A stretch of DNA of 63,528 nucleotides, the filler included, from Hyphochytrium catenoides (taxonomy: Eukaryota > Protista > Hyphochytriomycota), in the NCBI GenBank assembly GCA_900088475.1. It is 5 parts of 5 records of this genome, joined end to end, with 100 filler letters (N's around TTAATTAATTAA, not from the genome) between each part and the next. Parts side by side here need not be neighbours in the genome. Positions count along the whole stretch, not along the records: positions 1 to 29,567 come from FLMG01000264.1; 4 more parts are not named here. One strand, 5' to 3'. The notes under the pieces were generated by a model, which worked only from the letters and a program-made list of their open reading frames with translations, had not been told where the DNA came from and did no database searches. Position numbers and translations under genes: made by a program. Numbering within the stretch: the stretch's first letter is position 1; each line of letters starts with the position of its first letter. Of the stretch, positions 9,545 through 20,735 are shown piece after piece.

Positions 9545-12292
9545 CTACTGCGTGTAATAGTTAGACCCACGGAACACAGGCTGCGTTGTGGCAATCTGCT
9601 TCTGCGTCTCATAGCTCTTCCAGAGCAAAGTCTTCATCTTCTCCTCCACACTCATCGGCTGGTGCTGGTTGATGTTGAATGGGATCTCTGTGTGAATCTG
9701 ATACTCCTGAGGGCTGGTCCCATGTAGGATGGAGGAGTTGTGCCCTGAGGATGTGGAAATCTCAGGCATCTCTTGGCTCTCAGACTGCCGCTCTTCAAGC
9801 GCTCTGAGCGCCAGACCAGCCAGTTTCTCCATCATATAGAGATCATCACGGTCCAGACTTTCTCTTGGCGCGCTGTCTGCCACGCAGACAGAGCCAATCT
9901 TGGCGCCACTGTTATTAAAAATAGGAATCCCAGCAAAAAAGCGAATGTGGGAGACCTTGACAGAGCTGCCTGCATACTTTTTCATGTCCGTCACCACCAC
10001 CGGCTTCTGGTGAAGAATACTGTTTGTGCAGTACGCCAGCTCATCTGCTATTAGATCAGATGTCACGCCGTTGGACGACATCATCGTGGGTTTGTCCTTC
10101 TCTTTGAGAGTGACGCATGCAATGGGGCAGACCAGTGCCTGACAGGCCAGGTCACAGAGAAGATCAAACATACTCTCTGTGGACTCCCCGTTCTTCAGAA
10201 CAATGTCAGAGAAGCTTGACTTCTTGCGCCTTCCTCCGAAAGACTGTTGCTTATCCGCCTTCGGTTTAGACGTTCGGTTCTTCATGGTGCTAGTGCGCTT
10301 TCTTTCCTCGATTATTTCCGGTTCACGCCTCACAACCTTCCTTTCCAAGATGTCGGAGTGCATCCTTGGGCGGTTCACGGTCTCTGGTGCCGCGAGGCGT
10401 ACAGGTGGGTCAAGCTCCACTCTGTCTGCAGTGGTAGAGTGGCTGCTTGTTGAGCTGCATTCGTCTGCATCTCCTGCTGACTTGAGACGCAACGGAGAGC
10501 TTCGATTAGGGCGACCCTCTTGGTATTCCAGCTGAGGTGGCACCGTTGAGGACTCAGAAGCGGAGGAAAGCTTCGGCTTTCGTTTGTCATCGTGCTTGTT
10601 GAGGTTCAGCACATCAAAGGCGGAGGTTAGCTCATCATCTTGAGACTCAGGCAGCGGCTGGTACTTTGCGGTTGAGAGGCAAGCCTTGCACAGCCGCAGC
10701 TTGGAAGAGCCTACCACCGGAAGCTCTATCGCACGGATGGTAGAACAGTCGGAGCAGATGACCTCACCACACATGCGGCAATGATGCTTCCTCCGGAAAG
10801 AGTGGAAGTTCCTCATGCAGAGCTGACATCCCGGACGCTGCTTGTCATCTACCCACTGGTTTCTCATGACAAACTGCCTGCGGCTGATCCGCAGGTCCTC
10901 AAGTAAGATCTGCAATTTCTCAATGGCAGAGACAATGGACTGAGACACATTCTTCGCATACTTGGAAGAGACACTAGCGCAGAAGATGATTTCCACTTCA
11001 TTGTCCTGCTCCGTCTGCCGCCATAAAAAGCCCAGCTTGGACACCGGCGTCCGCTGTAGACCATGAGATTCTGCCAGAGACATGCACCCGACCTTGTGTC
11101 CCTCTATGGAGGTACAGCACCAGACTCCTGTCTCTAAGACGTTCTCATCCACAAACTGCTCCACACAGTCGAGAACGCACATGTCTCGGCCTTTGACAAA
11201 ACTGCTCGCTCCTGGTTGGAAGGCGCCCCACTTCAGCGTGATGAGGCGGTTCCTATGATTATCCATCGCGTTGTTGGAGTCTGGCGTGCACCAGTCCGGT
11301 ACTTTGGTCGTTAAGAACTGAACATAGCCTGCCCTCGCCTCTTCGCGCGTGTGGTTCTGGCTAAGCTCATTCCACGCTTCCCTGAGAGTGAAAGGTATGA
11401 GTGAGACGGAGACATGAAGAGACCAGAGAAAGACACATGCACAGACAGGCAAGAACGAAAGCGGAAGCAGTGTCCAAGGCTCTAGCATGACGTAAGTGGG
11501 ACGATAATATACTGAGATAACGAGAGAGAGAAGAGAAGAGGAGAGAGAGAAACTAAAACCGCAAACAAGCCAGTGCGCAGAAATAATATAGAGACACTGC
11601 GTGAGGACACAGCTTAAGCAGGACCGATAGCCTGCATAAGAACGCCACAGCGTTACGTACCACTTAGGGAGGATCTTAGGGTTTGTTGGTTTGGCCGTCG
11701 TACAAGGGCCAACAGTTGCCAGCTGATGCATCGCAAATGCTGCCAGCTTCTCTCCTTCCGTCAGCTTGAGCTTGGCAAGCGTCGAGTTCTTTCTAATGAA
11801 GGCAACTGCGTCCTCAAAGAGATCTGCTGCCACCTTCGTGCTGCCCATAATCGTAGAGCTCGGCACGTACTTGCCTCCTGTGGAGTCTTTGCTCTTCCTT
11901 CCCTTCACATCAATATTCTGCAAGACCAAGCCGTCCAAGAACTCTGAAGCGAAGAAGCGCTTGCAAATAGAGCGGAATGCCTCCGTGTTATGAGCAGAGA
12001 AGACCTTCGTGATCTCACTGACTTTGGCAGGGATCACAGAGGCCGCGCGAACAAGCCGCATGGACTTCTCAAGGTTAGATGTATCCTTGCATATCTGAAC
12101 TCCGTCTCTCTCCGGGGGCAGCGCCTTCCATCGCTGATGGTCTGCCATACGAGTGAAAGATGTGAGCGTCTCCTCCGCCAGAGACGTGAATTCCTTCCGT
12201 TCTTCCTCTCCCAGCGTGGAACACCGAAAGAAGCCCGGCCTGAGAGGAATGCCAGCGACTTTGCTGACCGAAGAGTTCCATAAGTCTGACAT
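9545..12292 (-). CDS. START-like domain with inserted ACBP, followed by FYVE zinc finger and GAF domain; one intron at 11382-11660
   Basis: FYVE WVDDKQRPGCQLC..FRRKHHCRMCGEVICSDCS..RLCKAC. GAF FDLLCDLA...IRFFAGIPI...IGSVCVADSAPR. START-like segments DGVQIC..VRAASVIPAKVSEI and LKWGAF..GRDMCVLD. ACBP FEDAVAFI..ATVGPC..KW|EAW..EEARAGY. Splice sites TG|GTACGT and CTCAG|G. Confidence 0.9.
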   Translation of the reverse strand: MSDLWNSSVSKVAGIPLRPGFFRCSTLGEEERKEFTSLAEETLTSFTRMADHQRWKALPPERDGVQICKDTSNLEKSMRLVRAASVIPAKVSEITKVFSAHNTEAFRSICKRFFASEFLDGLVLQNIDVKGRKSKDSTGGKYVPSSTIMGSTKVAADLFEDAVAFIRKNSTLAKLKLTEGEKLAAFAMHQLATVGPCTTAKPTNPKILPKWYVTLWRSYAGYRSCLSCVLTQCLYIISAHWLVCGFSFSLSSSLLSLVISVYYRPTYVMLEPWTLLPLSFLPVCACVFLWSLHVSVSLIPFTLREAWNELSQNHTREEARAGYVQFLTTKVPDWCTPDSNNAMDNHRNRLITLKWGAFQPGASSFVKGRDMCVLDCVEQFVDENVLETGVWCCTSIEGHKVGCMSLAESHGLQRTPVSKLGFLWRQTEQDNEVEIIFCASVSSKYAKNVSQSIVSAIEKLQILLEDLRISRRQFVMRNQWVDDKQRPGCQLCMRNFHSFRRKHHCRMCGEVICSDCSTIRAIELPVVGSSKLRLCKACLSTAKYQPLPESQDDELTSAFDVLNLNKHDDKRKPKLSSASESSTVPPQLEYQEGRPNRSSPLRLKSAGDADECSSTSSHSTTADRVELDPPVRLAAPETVNRPRMHSDILERKVVRREPEIIEERKRTSTMKNRTSKPKADKQQSFGGRRKKSSFSDIVLKNGESTESMFDLLCDLACQALVCPIACVTLKEKDKPTMMSSNGVTSDLIADELAYCTNSILHQKPVVVTDMKKYAGSSVKVSHIRFFAGIPIFNNSGAKIGSVCVADSAPRESLDRDDLYMMEKLAGLALRALEERQSESQEMPEISTSSGHNSSILHGTSPQEYQIHTEIPFNINQHQPMSVEEKMKTLLWKSYETQKQIATTQPVFRGSNYYTQ

Positions 12293-12681
12293 TGTACCAG
12301 TTCAGAGGCTGCTGCTGCTCCACTCTCACAGCCGGACGGGGCTTTAGAAGCGCGCGGAGCTGTGGTGAAGATGCTGTGAACCGCCGCGCTCACCGTCGAT
12401 AAGGTAAAAGCTTTGGAGCGCAGACTCCGCTGGCACTGGCAACACTCAGCTGCAGCGATCTCTCTCTCCTTTACAACGCTTTCTCCTTTCTCGTCCAATC
12501 TCCTGCTTTTGAAGCTGCAAAAATGCGGAGACGGGCAGCTTCTCCTCGCGACTTCAACGTGGTGGGAGCTGCCGCGCGTTAACTCACCTTACCGGCCCTG
12601 TAGGTGAAAGTGAACATCGAGCGCCGTGAGGAAGGTTCACAGCTTGAGACAAACAGCCGGGAGGTTCTGGGAAAGGAAAGG

Positions 12682-12995
12682 TCTCTCTCTCTCTCTCCTC
12701 CGCTGTCTCTCTCTCTCTCTTTGTCTCTGACCGTTCTCTCTCTCTTTCTCCACGTTCCACAGCGAGCGAGGGGACAGGCGGGCAAGCCAGGAAGGCCCGA
12801 CAGGGACTATCGAAGGAGCGTTCTGCAAGCAACCGAGAGACAAGAGAACACCTGCGAGTGAGAGAAAGGGGAACACAAAGATAGAGCAGAACCACAAGGT
12901 TTGTCAGTTATGAGGGAGAGAGAGAGAGAGAGAGAGAGNNNNNNNNNNNNNNNNNNNNNNNNNNNNNNNNNNNNNNNNGAGAGAGAGAGAGAGAA
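12682..12995. repeat. (CT)n then (GA)n microsatellites with an internal N gap
   Basis: Visible dinucleotide runs; Ns at 12939-12978. Confidence 0.85.
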
Positions 12996-14072
12996 AGAAG
13001 AAAAGATGCAGGGTAAAAAGTCGAAGAGACAACAAAGGACAATACCAAGTAGCCGTTAGCGGTACCTTCCGGCTGCTGCCGTTCCAGCTGCGGTACAAAA
13101 TGTATGGGCTAAGGAAGGAGAGTGAGAGCGGTCGTTTCACCCAGCAGCCTGATCTCTTGAACGAAGCTTTCAATATGAAATGTTTCGCTGGAGAACTTAG
13201 TTGGAAGAGTGGTGTAAAGGCTTCCAGTGATACTTTCAAGCAGAGGGTTTCTTTCACATCGCACTCTCTTTGCTATTCTTGGGCTCATGTACCCAACAGC
13301 TCCACCTCTTTCGCCGCCCTTCCTCTGACACGGCCGCCCTGCACTGGCTCTTTAACCCAAAGATGTGCCGGTGATGCTTCAGGTACTAGACAGAGGACAA
13401 CGGTCTCTCTGAGAGAAATAGATATACACACAGGGTCCAAATGTGAGCCACTCCTCCCGAATCTTTCACATCAATAACCTCTTACGCTATTTGTTTCCAA
13501 TAAGTATATAAAGCCTTACATTGAAATGTTCCTATTGAAAGCGAAATATTCAATGTGGCGGAAAACAGGCGGACGATCGATCATGATTGCAGAGGTTTCA
13601 CCACTTCTGACGCGTTCGTTCCCCTGAACAGCGGCGACGACTCGCCGTCTTGCTTGCTTATTATTACTGTCTGGCTGTTATTTATCAGTCTTCTCTGTCT
13701 CCTCCATCTCAAGCTCTCATCAGCCTCGTCTTGATGGCCTGACCAGTCACCACCGTGGGTTGGAACAGGTTCTAGCTCAAGGGGTTCTTCGTGATCATCC
13801 ATCAAGGCAGCAGCAAGACATCCTATCCACAGAAAGAAGGGGCAATGCTGTTGGAAGCTTCATTTATATAAATGTTATAGAGCTCTATTCTCGGGTCAAG
13901 ATGAGATGGCGCCATGTTGCACGATAGAGAAGCTCCCACAACCAGTCTGGCCCTAATTGTAACGACTCGTGTGTGTCGGCCTTTGACGGCGGCACAAGCT
14001 ACCGTTGAGATGCGTGTCGTACGGAAGAAGATATGGAGCTCGCTGATAGCAAAGAAGCATGACATGAACACT

Positions 14073-16017
14073 TTAGTAGACCTTCTCAATCTCTGACAGC
14101 TCCTCCGGACCGGCCTTGCCCTTCATTCTTTCGACAAACTTTTCACGGACAATCTTCTTGAACTCTTTCTCCTCCTCATCCGGCATCTACATCCAAAAAG
14201 TGCCGTTTAAAGAGTTAAGTATAGCATGGCTTAGACACACGACCATACTTACCGTGTAGGGCGAGAAGCTCTCATCAGGAAACTTCCGATGTTCAACATC
14301 CTCCCTGAAGGACTCTAGACCCCGCTTGATAGCCCCGCCCACGTCTGCATAGCGCTTGCAGAAACGTGGCACAAACTGTTGGATGTGAAATAAAAATTTG
14401 AGTTGAACAATATCAAAGACAAGGAGGCCAGTGCGGGTAAAAGACCTGCTCATGATGGGGGTGCTGCATCATTCCCAAGAAGTCCTGGTAGACAAGGACC
14501 TTCAAAAAGACCGGGAGGGGTGAGTGGGCGAGTTAGCAAAAGTACAATCTTCTGACAGGAGGTAGAGCATCGCTTCCCTTACCTGTCCACTCGTGTAACC
14601 TCCAGCACCTATTCCTATCGTTGGGATGTCCAAGACATCTGTTACTGCTTTTGCCACTATCTATATTCTAGTTAGCATGCTCCATCGGTTCACCAGGACA
14701 CAAAAGGCTAAACACCTACCGCTGGGACACATTCGAGCACCAGGGCGAAGCAGCCGGCGTCCTACAAATGATTAATGAGTGTGTTTCCCGCGTTATAGTG
14801 TAACAAATGTACTAGTAACCATCACGCGGCACCCTTGGGGAGCTTACCTGCAGCGAGAGAGCATCTTCTATCAAGGCCTCAGCTGCAGTAGCTGTAGAGG
14901 CAAGGTTAAGCTCTAAAGTATACATATAAAGGAGACCTTAAGAACGCACCTGTTCTGCCTTGTGCTCTAAAGCCACCTAGTACACTAATGTGCTGTGGAG
15001 TAAGGCCAATGTGCCCCATTACTGCTACTCCGCCCCGAACAAGATGCTTTACTGTCGATTAGGCTATTAGTACCTCCACGCTTATCCAAGCCCAGGGTAG
15101 CCACCCAGCTCAACCTCCCACCTGTATCCACTCTTGACCGTCCACCCTCAAGCTTAACGCAGTCCATGCCGGCTTCCTGCATCAAGGGTCGACGGCCTTA
15201 TTCTAGATGTCTTGCTTGGAGGGCAGAACTTGATAGCTCTTACCTTCAGGAAGCGATAAGCATTGCGCAGTGCCTCCTCTTTCGAAACTTCCGAGGCGCC
15301 GAACGGCATATCACCGATCAGCAATGGTCTTGTTGCACCTCTAAGGAAACTCGCTTTCAGCGGCTAGCCTAAAAAGACGTAGGCAAAGGCAAGATTTACC
15401 GGGCGACTGCCTTGCAGTGATGCAGCATGATTTCCATGTCCACGGGCAAGGTGGTGTCCATGCCCTAGATAGGGCGAGCGTGGTTGTCGATGAAGGGCAT
15501 TCAGGGAGACAAAGGTGACTGCTCTTACCAGTTCCACCATTCCAAGACTGTCCCCTACTAGGAGGCAGTCAATCCCAGCCAAGTCAACATGGACAGCCTT
15601 AAAGACCGGAAGATGTTAGATAAATAGATCACGTGCACTGGCGAGATGAAGCTTCGTCCTACGACGAGCAAGCAGCCATACCGCTGGATAGTTGTGCGCT
15701 GACACCATAGTGATCGGCTTCTTCTTCCGCTTCAGAATCTGCAGATCCTTAGTTGTGACTTTCTTCCGCTTGAGAAGCTGTAACGTCCGCTGGGAGACGG
15801 GGTCTAGGCGTTCTTTTAGTCCCTCTTCAGTTGCTAGAGGAGGGAGCCCGCTGGATCCCGGCTTTTCCGCACCCTTGGATGACTTGGACCTAACAGTTGT
15901 GCATTCCAGCGGACGGAGCACACCTCTGAAGCCTTTAAAGGACTTTCCCGGTGCTTTCCTGAGAAGGCTTGCAGTGACATGGTGTGGTACTTCTCGGATG
16001 GCGCATCTCGCTAGCAT
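14073..16017 (-). CDS. panB: 3-methyl-2-oxobutanoate hydroxymethyltransferase (ketopantoate hydroxymethyltransferase), 12 exons, probably mitochondrial
   Basis: Spliced motifs [95 protein letters not shown]. Basic N-terminal extension MLARCAIR... Confidence 0.96.
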
Positions 16018-16171
16018 CTCTACTTTAAAAGGGATCATACCACGCACTTTCAAAAGGGATGATGCCACGGGCGTAGGGAGACCTGGCTCTAGATAGGAAG
16101 AATTAGAACTGATGTAGGACTTTGCCTGTGTTTCTAATGACGCTCTTGACAAAGCAGACAAGATGAGAACA

Positions 16172-16241
16172 GGAGAGAGAGATGAGAAGAGAGAGAAAGA
16201 GAGAATGAGTGGGAAAAAAAAGAGAGAGAGAGAGAAAGAGA

Positions 16242-16285
<44 letters not shown>
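16172..16285. repeat. (GA)n microsatellite upstream of panB
   Basis: Visible GA/GAAA run. Confidence 0.85.
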
Positions 16286-16286
<1 letters not shown>

Positions 16287-18157
16287 GAAGATTGTGATCC
16301 TTGTCAATCATCATCTCTCCCTCCTCCTCCTCTCCTTCCCGTTGGAACCGTTCTGTATGGAGCTCACGTCCGCATCCCTTTGTCTCCTGAGAGATTCTTG
16401 AAAGGAATAGGCCTTGTTATGGATCCATAGTGATTTCTGGCTTCTATGAGGAATAGAGAGGAGTGTGGTGGTCACCAAAAGGAACGTTCTAACTGTAGAA
16501 TGTCCATTGTACGATTTTGAACCGTCAAAATCTTGTCCATCATCTCCATCAGCGCACGATCTCCTGACGCTGGCGCCTGGCGCTGCCTTGCTGATGAGCT
16601 GAGGACTTCTTTCCCATGGCCTGCTCACTAACGGAAGACTCTGCAACGTCTGGAACTGCTGCGGTGCAGCGCTGGAGGCTGATGGCTGCCTCCTAGAGCT
16701 CTCGAGAAGGTCGTCCATTGGTGCCGCGAGCTCAATCATTCAGTGAGCCATGAAGGATGCCGCACCACTTGGAGCCATCTTCCTGAGTGGACGAGCCGCG
16801 GCAATTGCATCAGTTCATGCCTCCGCATCTCAGTTCCTGCCGTACTACCCTGAGACCCATCTCTTCCACCTTTCCTGTCTCTAATGCCTTGAGCATAAGC
16901 ACAGTGTTTGCTAGTGCTGTGCCTCTTTCACTTCTGGGTGTTGGAGAGCATAAGGAAGAAGTGGCTTGAGTGTAAAGTGTCATGGTCATTGTGCTTTTCC
17001 CGACCTCGACCAACTCTTAAAGCATCTCGGACCTACTTGCCACGGTACCAACCATTGTGCAGCGCTAAGAATCCAAGGGTGAGTAGGAGCGCTTGACAGC
17101 CCCATTGATCTTCATCACACTGCTTATCAATTTAGAGTATGTATCGCTTCTGGCCCAGGAAGTCAGCAGTAATGAGAAGGCTCCTAGTGATCAGCTTAAG
17201 ATGCGCTTCTTAGGGGCCTACTTTCTCCTCTGATCTAGAAGGCAGTCTAGTGTCTGCTAAATCACTGGCTGCAACCTGGCGACAGCAGAGTTCAAACTCG
17301 AGCTAGATCAGCAATCGTTTTAGCATGCAAATGGAATGCTGGACGGGAGATGGTAGAGTGTGGCGATAAATATCTTGGCCCACCGAATGAATGTCCGCCC
17401 CGCCACCATCAGGAAGCGCTCTCAAAGCCAGGAAACTAGGAAGGAAGAAGGAAGCCTGTCAAGTAGAAGCGAAAGGATGGTAAGTAAGAGACCCTCCCAT
17501 ATTGCCCTGAACTCCCTCTTCTTTCCCGCATTTTGCTTCTTCAACTGCTGAAGTGCCCAATGATGAAACACCTCTTAGGCTGACCTCCGCTTAATCTCCC
17601 CGAATCCTTTCTTGGACGGGTCGAGACCGGAGCGCATGTGATGGAGCTTGGTGTTACAGATACTTTTGAGGGATGCTTTCGCCTTCCATCGTCTGTTTTA
17701 GTCTACTCTTTCCCTCTCTATCCATTGCAGCGTTTCTCTCCATCTCAGCTATGTCTATTTTTCCCTGCAGAGCGAAGAGCTACAGCTTCAACAAAAGAAG
17801 CCTCGATCGCAGGAGGAAGAGATTTGCGAAGGATGGAGAGAAGGACAATCAGCTCTCTGCTGTGCGTTTGGAGGGCAGGGAAAGGGGAAGATATTGGCAG
17901 CGGCTTGGCACTAGAGCATTATTCACTGTTCAGCAGAGAGTGTTCAGCCTCATAACCTGTGGGCCAAAGTTCCCCTCCTTGGTACAGCCCACAGAGTTCC
18001 CTTGTTTGGTCCAGCGAGCTTTTAACTAGTGAGCGATCTGTCTTTTTGTCCCTTTATATAGAGCTCTCGGCTGGGGACGGGCTATTGATTGACCAATCCT
18101 CAAGCAAACTGAGCTCACTCATAGAGTTCTCGAAGATAATGACAGACTTCCGGGCCT

Positions 18158-18817
18158 CTAAGAGGTATCCATACTCGCTGCCTCTTTAGATTCGCCTCCT
18201 ATCGCGTCAGAAGGCTTCTGATTCCAATAGTCGTCCAACTGTCGGTCTAGCTGCGCTTGCTTGGGGTCTGGACCCTTTCCTGCCTTGAACCAGTAGTCAT
18301 CGAGTTCCAAGTCTAGATCCTCGGGCTTTGCGGGCTCCGCACGACCTCCTCGGGCTCTGCCGCGGCCCCGTCCGCGACCACCCCTCTCACCTCGGCCTCC
18401 GCGGATTCCTCGGCCTCCACGTCCGGCTTTCGGACCTGGCGTAGCGCTAGCTGGACCCTTTCCTCCTCTGCCCCTTGCTGCCGAACCGCCCCGCGGCGCT
18501 GTTGTCTTGACACGTCCTCTACCCCGTCCGCGGCCGGTTACTGAGGCGGCTGTGGTCCGCCCGCGACCCCGGCCGTTTCCACGAGTGGATTGTGTTCCTC
18601 GGCCGCCTCTAGTTTGACCACCTGTGCCTCGACCCCTCGTGGGAGCAGTCTCTGTTGCTGGAATACCTCTTCGAGCAGCAATCACATCTTGTCTCTTCGC
18701 TCGGCCGCGAGTGGCGGCAGCCTGCCGTCGTTGTTGTCTCGCGGCACCAGAGGCATCCACCTTGGCACTTTGGATCTTCTCGAATCTGGCGCTCAAAGAG
18801 TTCTTAGCGGTCACCAT
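18158..18817 (-). CDS. CHTOP: Chromatin target of PRMT1 / Friend of PRMT1-like RGG protein
   Basis: N-terminal SLSARF, long RG/RGG tract, duplicated C-terminal motif EDLDLELDDYW...AQLDRQLDDYW (FoP duplication). Intronless; ATG at 18817. Confidence 0.85.
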   Translation of the reverse strand: MVTAKNSLSARFEKIQSAKVDASGAARQQRRQAAATRGRAKRQDVIAARRGIPATETAPTRGRGTGGQTRGGRGTQSTRGNGRGRGRTTAASVTGRGRGRGRVKTTAPRGGSAARGRGGKGPASATPGPKAGRGGRGIRGGRGERGGRGRGRGRARGGRAEPAKPEDLDLELDDYWFKAGKGPDPKQAQLDRQLDDYWNQKPSDAIGGESKEAASMDTS

Positions 18818-19763
18818 ATTCTTGCAAGAGTGTATATAGACCGGGCTGTTCTCAGTCCTTGACACAGTCCTTGATAATTATCCCTCGAAAGGAGGCTCCA
18901 GCAACCTCAAAATTCAAATCGAGCGTGCTGACTCTGCTTATGTCTGGTCTGTGCTCCTCCCAGCTCCAGGGTTGGAAGCCGTGAAGCAGACCTCACCAGG
19001 ACTTTGGGCTGCAAAACTCTCTCTGCTATGAAGGCGGCGGCATCACCGCTGGCTGCCAAGACTGTCTCATTAAGGAAGAGGCCTACTATGAAGCTTCATG
19101 CGTGCCATCCCTGACCACCTGACCATCCTTTATATCTTCCTGACGTCCGTCTGTCTCGGCGTCGCCGCCGCTCAAACAAACGCGACAGGGATCACAACTT
19201 GAGAAAGCTCTTTGGAGGACCATCTAAGGGCGTTAGCGCCTCCGAAGCACTTCAGTTGCCGCTAACAGCTCTTCGCTCCCCTTGGTTTGCTCCTCCCGGA
19301 AGCCTCAACTTCGCCTTTGTCATAGGAAGGTAGAAAGGTAGAAGATGCTCCCGTGCTTCTTGAGTGTGGGGAGGTGTACGAGTCAGTCATAGTTCCTTTC
19401 AGAGCCTCATCTCACGAGCAGGAGAGTCATCAGCGCACTCTGCGGACGGAAGACGTGAGCATCAGCGCCGGCAGCATTGCCTTGGTCCAAGAGAACTATC
19501 AGAAGTGGGAGCGTGCATGCTAGAGTGGTCCTGAGAACTCCGCGACGGAGGAAGCATCATCCCAAGTCCTCATGAGGCAACCAATCTGAGAACCTGAGAA
19601 GCACAGAAAGATTTGAAGAAGGAAGTTGGATAAGGGCAATAAAAGGTGATGGACAGCGACTCGCCGGTATCATTGCACGACCTTGTCGATGCAGAGCAAA
19701 GTCGAAGACAAGGAAGACTGAATCGCCTTGGTCAGCCCTAGAAGAAGCTTCACAGCGTTGTGC

Positions 19764-20175
19764 ATGAGCCCTAATAACTCTTCTGATGACTCCACAGATG
19801 CGCTTAGGCAGTCAATATCCAGATCAAGTTCTAAGCTCTTTAAAAGTTCATCTGGAGCTCTAGACAACGAGATTGTCCAGGTGTTGACCAATGAAAAGCA
19901 ACTTCAGCAGGAGCAGAGATCGTTGCTGAGGAAGGTGCAGATGATCTCGGAGCAAGTCAATCGCTGGAGTCAGAGCTATGACAAGCTGGAGAAAAGCATT
20001 GCGGTAAGATCTAGCCTGTTAGTGTCCGCCGCTACCGTGCTCATGGTCGCTCCAGGAATTGGGCTGCGTAGAATCCTGGGCAGTGGAGCTGGAGCAGGAT
20101 ATGCTGGCTGTGTCGGCGGCCATAGAATACTCTCACACTTGCCTCAAAGAGAGAAAAAAGGAGAGCGTATCGTAA
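19764..20175 (+). CDS. BLOC1S1: BLOC-1 subunit 1 (GCN5L1 family), 2 exons
   Basis: Intron 20004-20055. Spliced NEKQLQQEQRSL...VNRWSQSYDKLEKSIA|ELGCVESWAVELEQDMLAVSAAIEY matches the family pattern ELGDVENWA..IE.DM..I..ALEY. Confidence 0.85.
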
Positions 20176-20735
20176 AGAAAGCATTATCCTCTTTTGCTCT
20201 CAAGGAGCAAGGCGAGACTGGCCACTGCTGCTCAACTTTGTGGGTCAGCACGCAAGCAGCTCACCTCGCTATGATGGATGAGTCGAAGGGCTGGGAAACC
20301 AGTCCATGACGACTCATTGCCCACCTTTTCCACTATTTATGTCTCCCTTTCCATCTTCCTTCCCTATTTAGCATTAGGCTCATCACTCTACATATGGCAA
20401 GCAGACAAACTAAGCCTGAGCCTCGCGCTCCATCTCAGTCGTAGTCCACCACGGCATCGGACTATCGCTGTATCACCCCGACGTGTCGGATACATTAAGT
20501 CTTTGGCACGCACTCCTTTATTGTCCAAAGACTTTTGACCTTTAATACCATGAACGACCAATCCACACTATCTGCCATCAAGAAAGATCTATTCAAGCAA
20601 GAAGATAGGGTTGTCTCTTTATATACTGCGTATGTGAGCACGCTTCAGAAGCGCACCCTGACTCCACTCATAGAATGGCCGGAGCTCCATTATCCATGGT
20701 CAGGCCGCGATAGCCCATCATTATCTACTCTTTAT

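Noticed and set aside
13581-13805. 74-aa acidic ORF between panB and the FYVE gene
   Set aside because: No recognisable motif and no convincing splice connection.
9545-16017. CoA-themed gene cluster (panB next to the ACBP-containing gene; DHHC and ACADL further on)
   Set aside because: Unrelated housekeeping genes are interspersed, a contig linker separates the pairs, and nothing indicates co-regulation.
16311-17013. Minus-strand ORFs of 142 and 67 aa upstream of panB
   Set aside because: I could not join them into a coherent protein and found no family signal.
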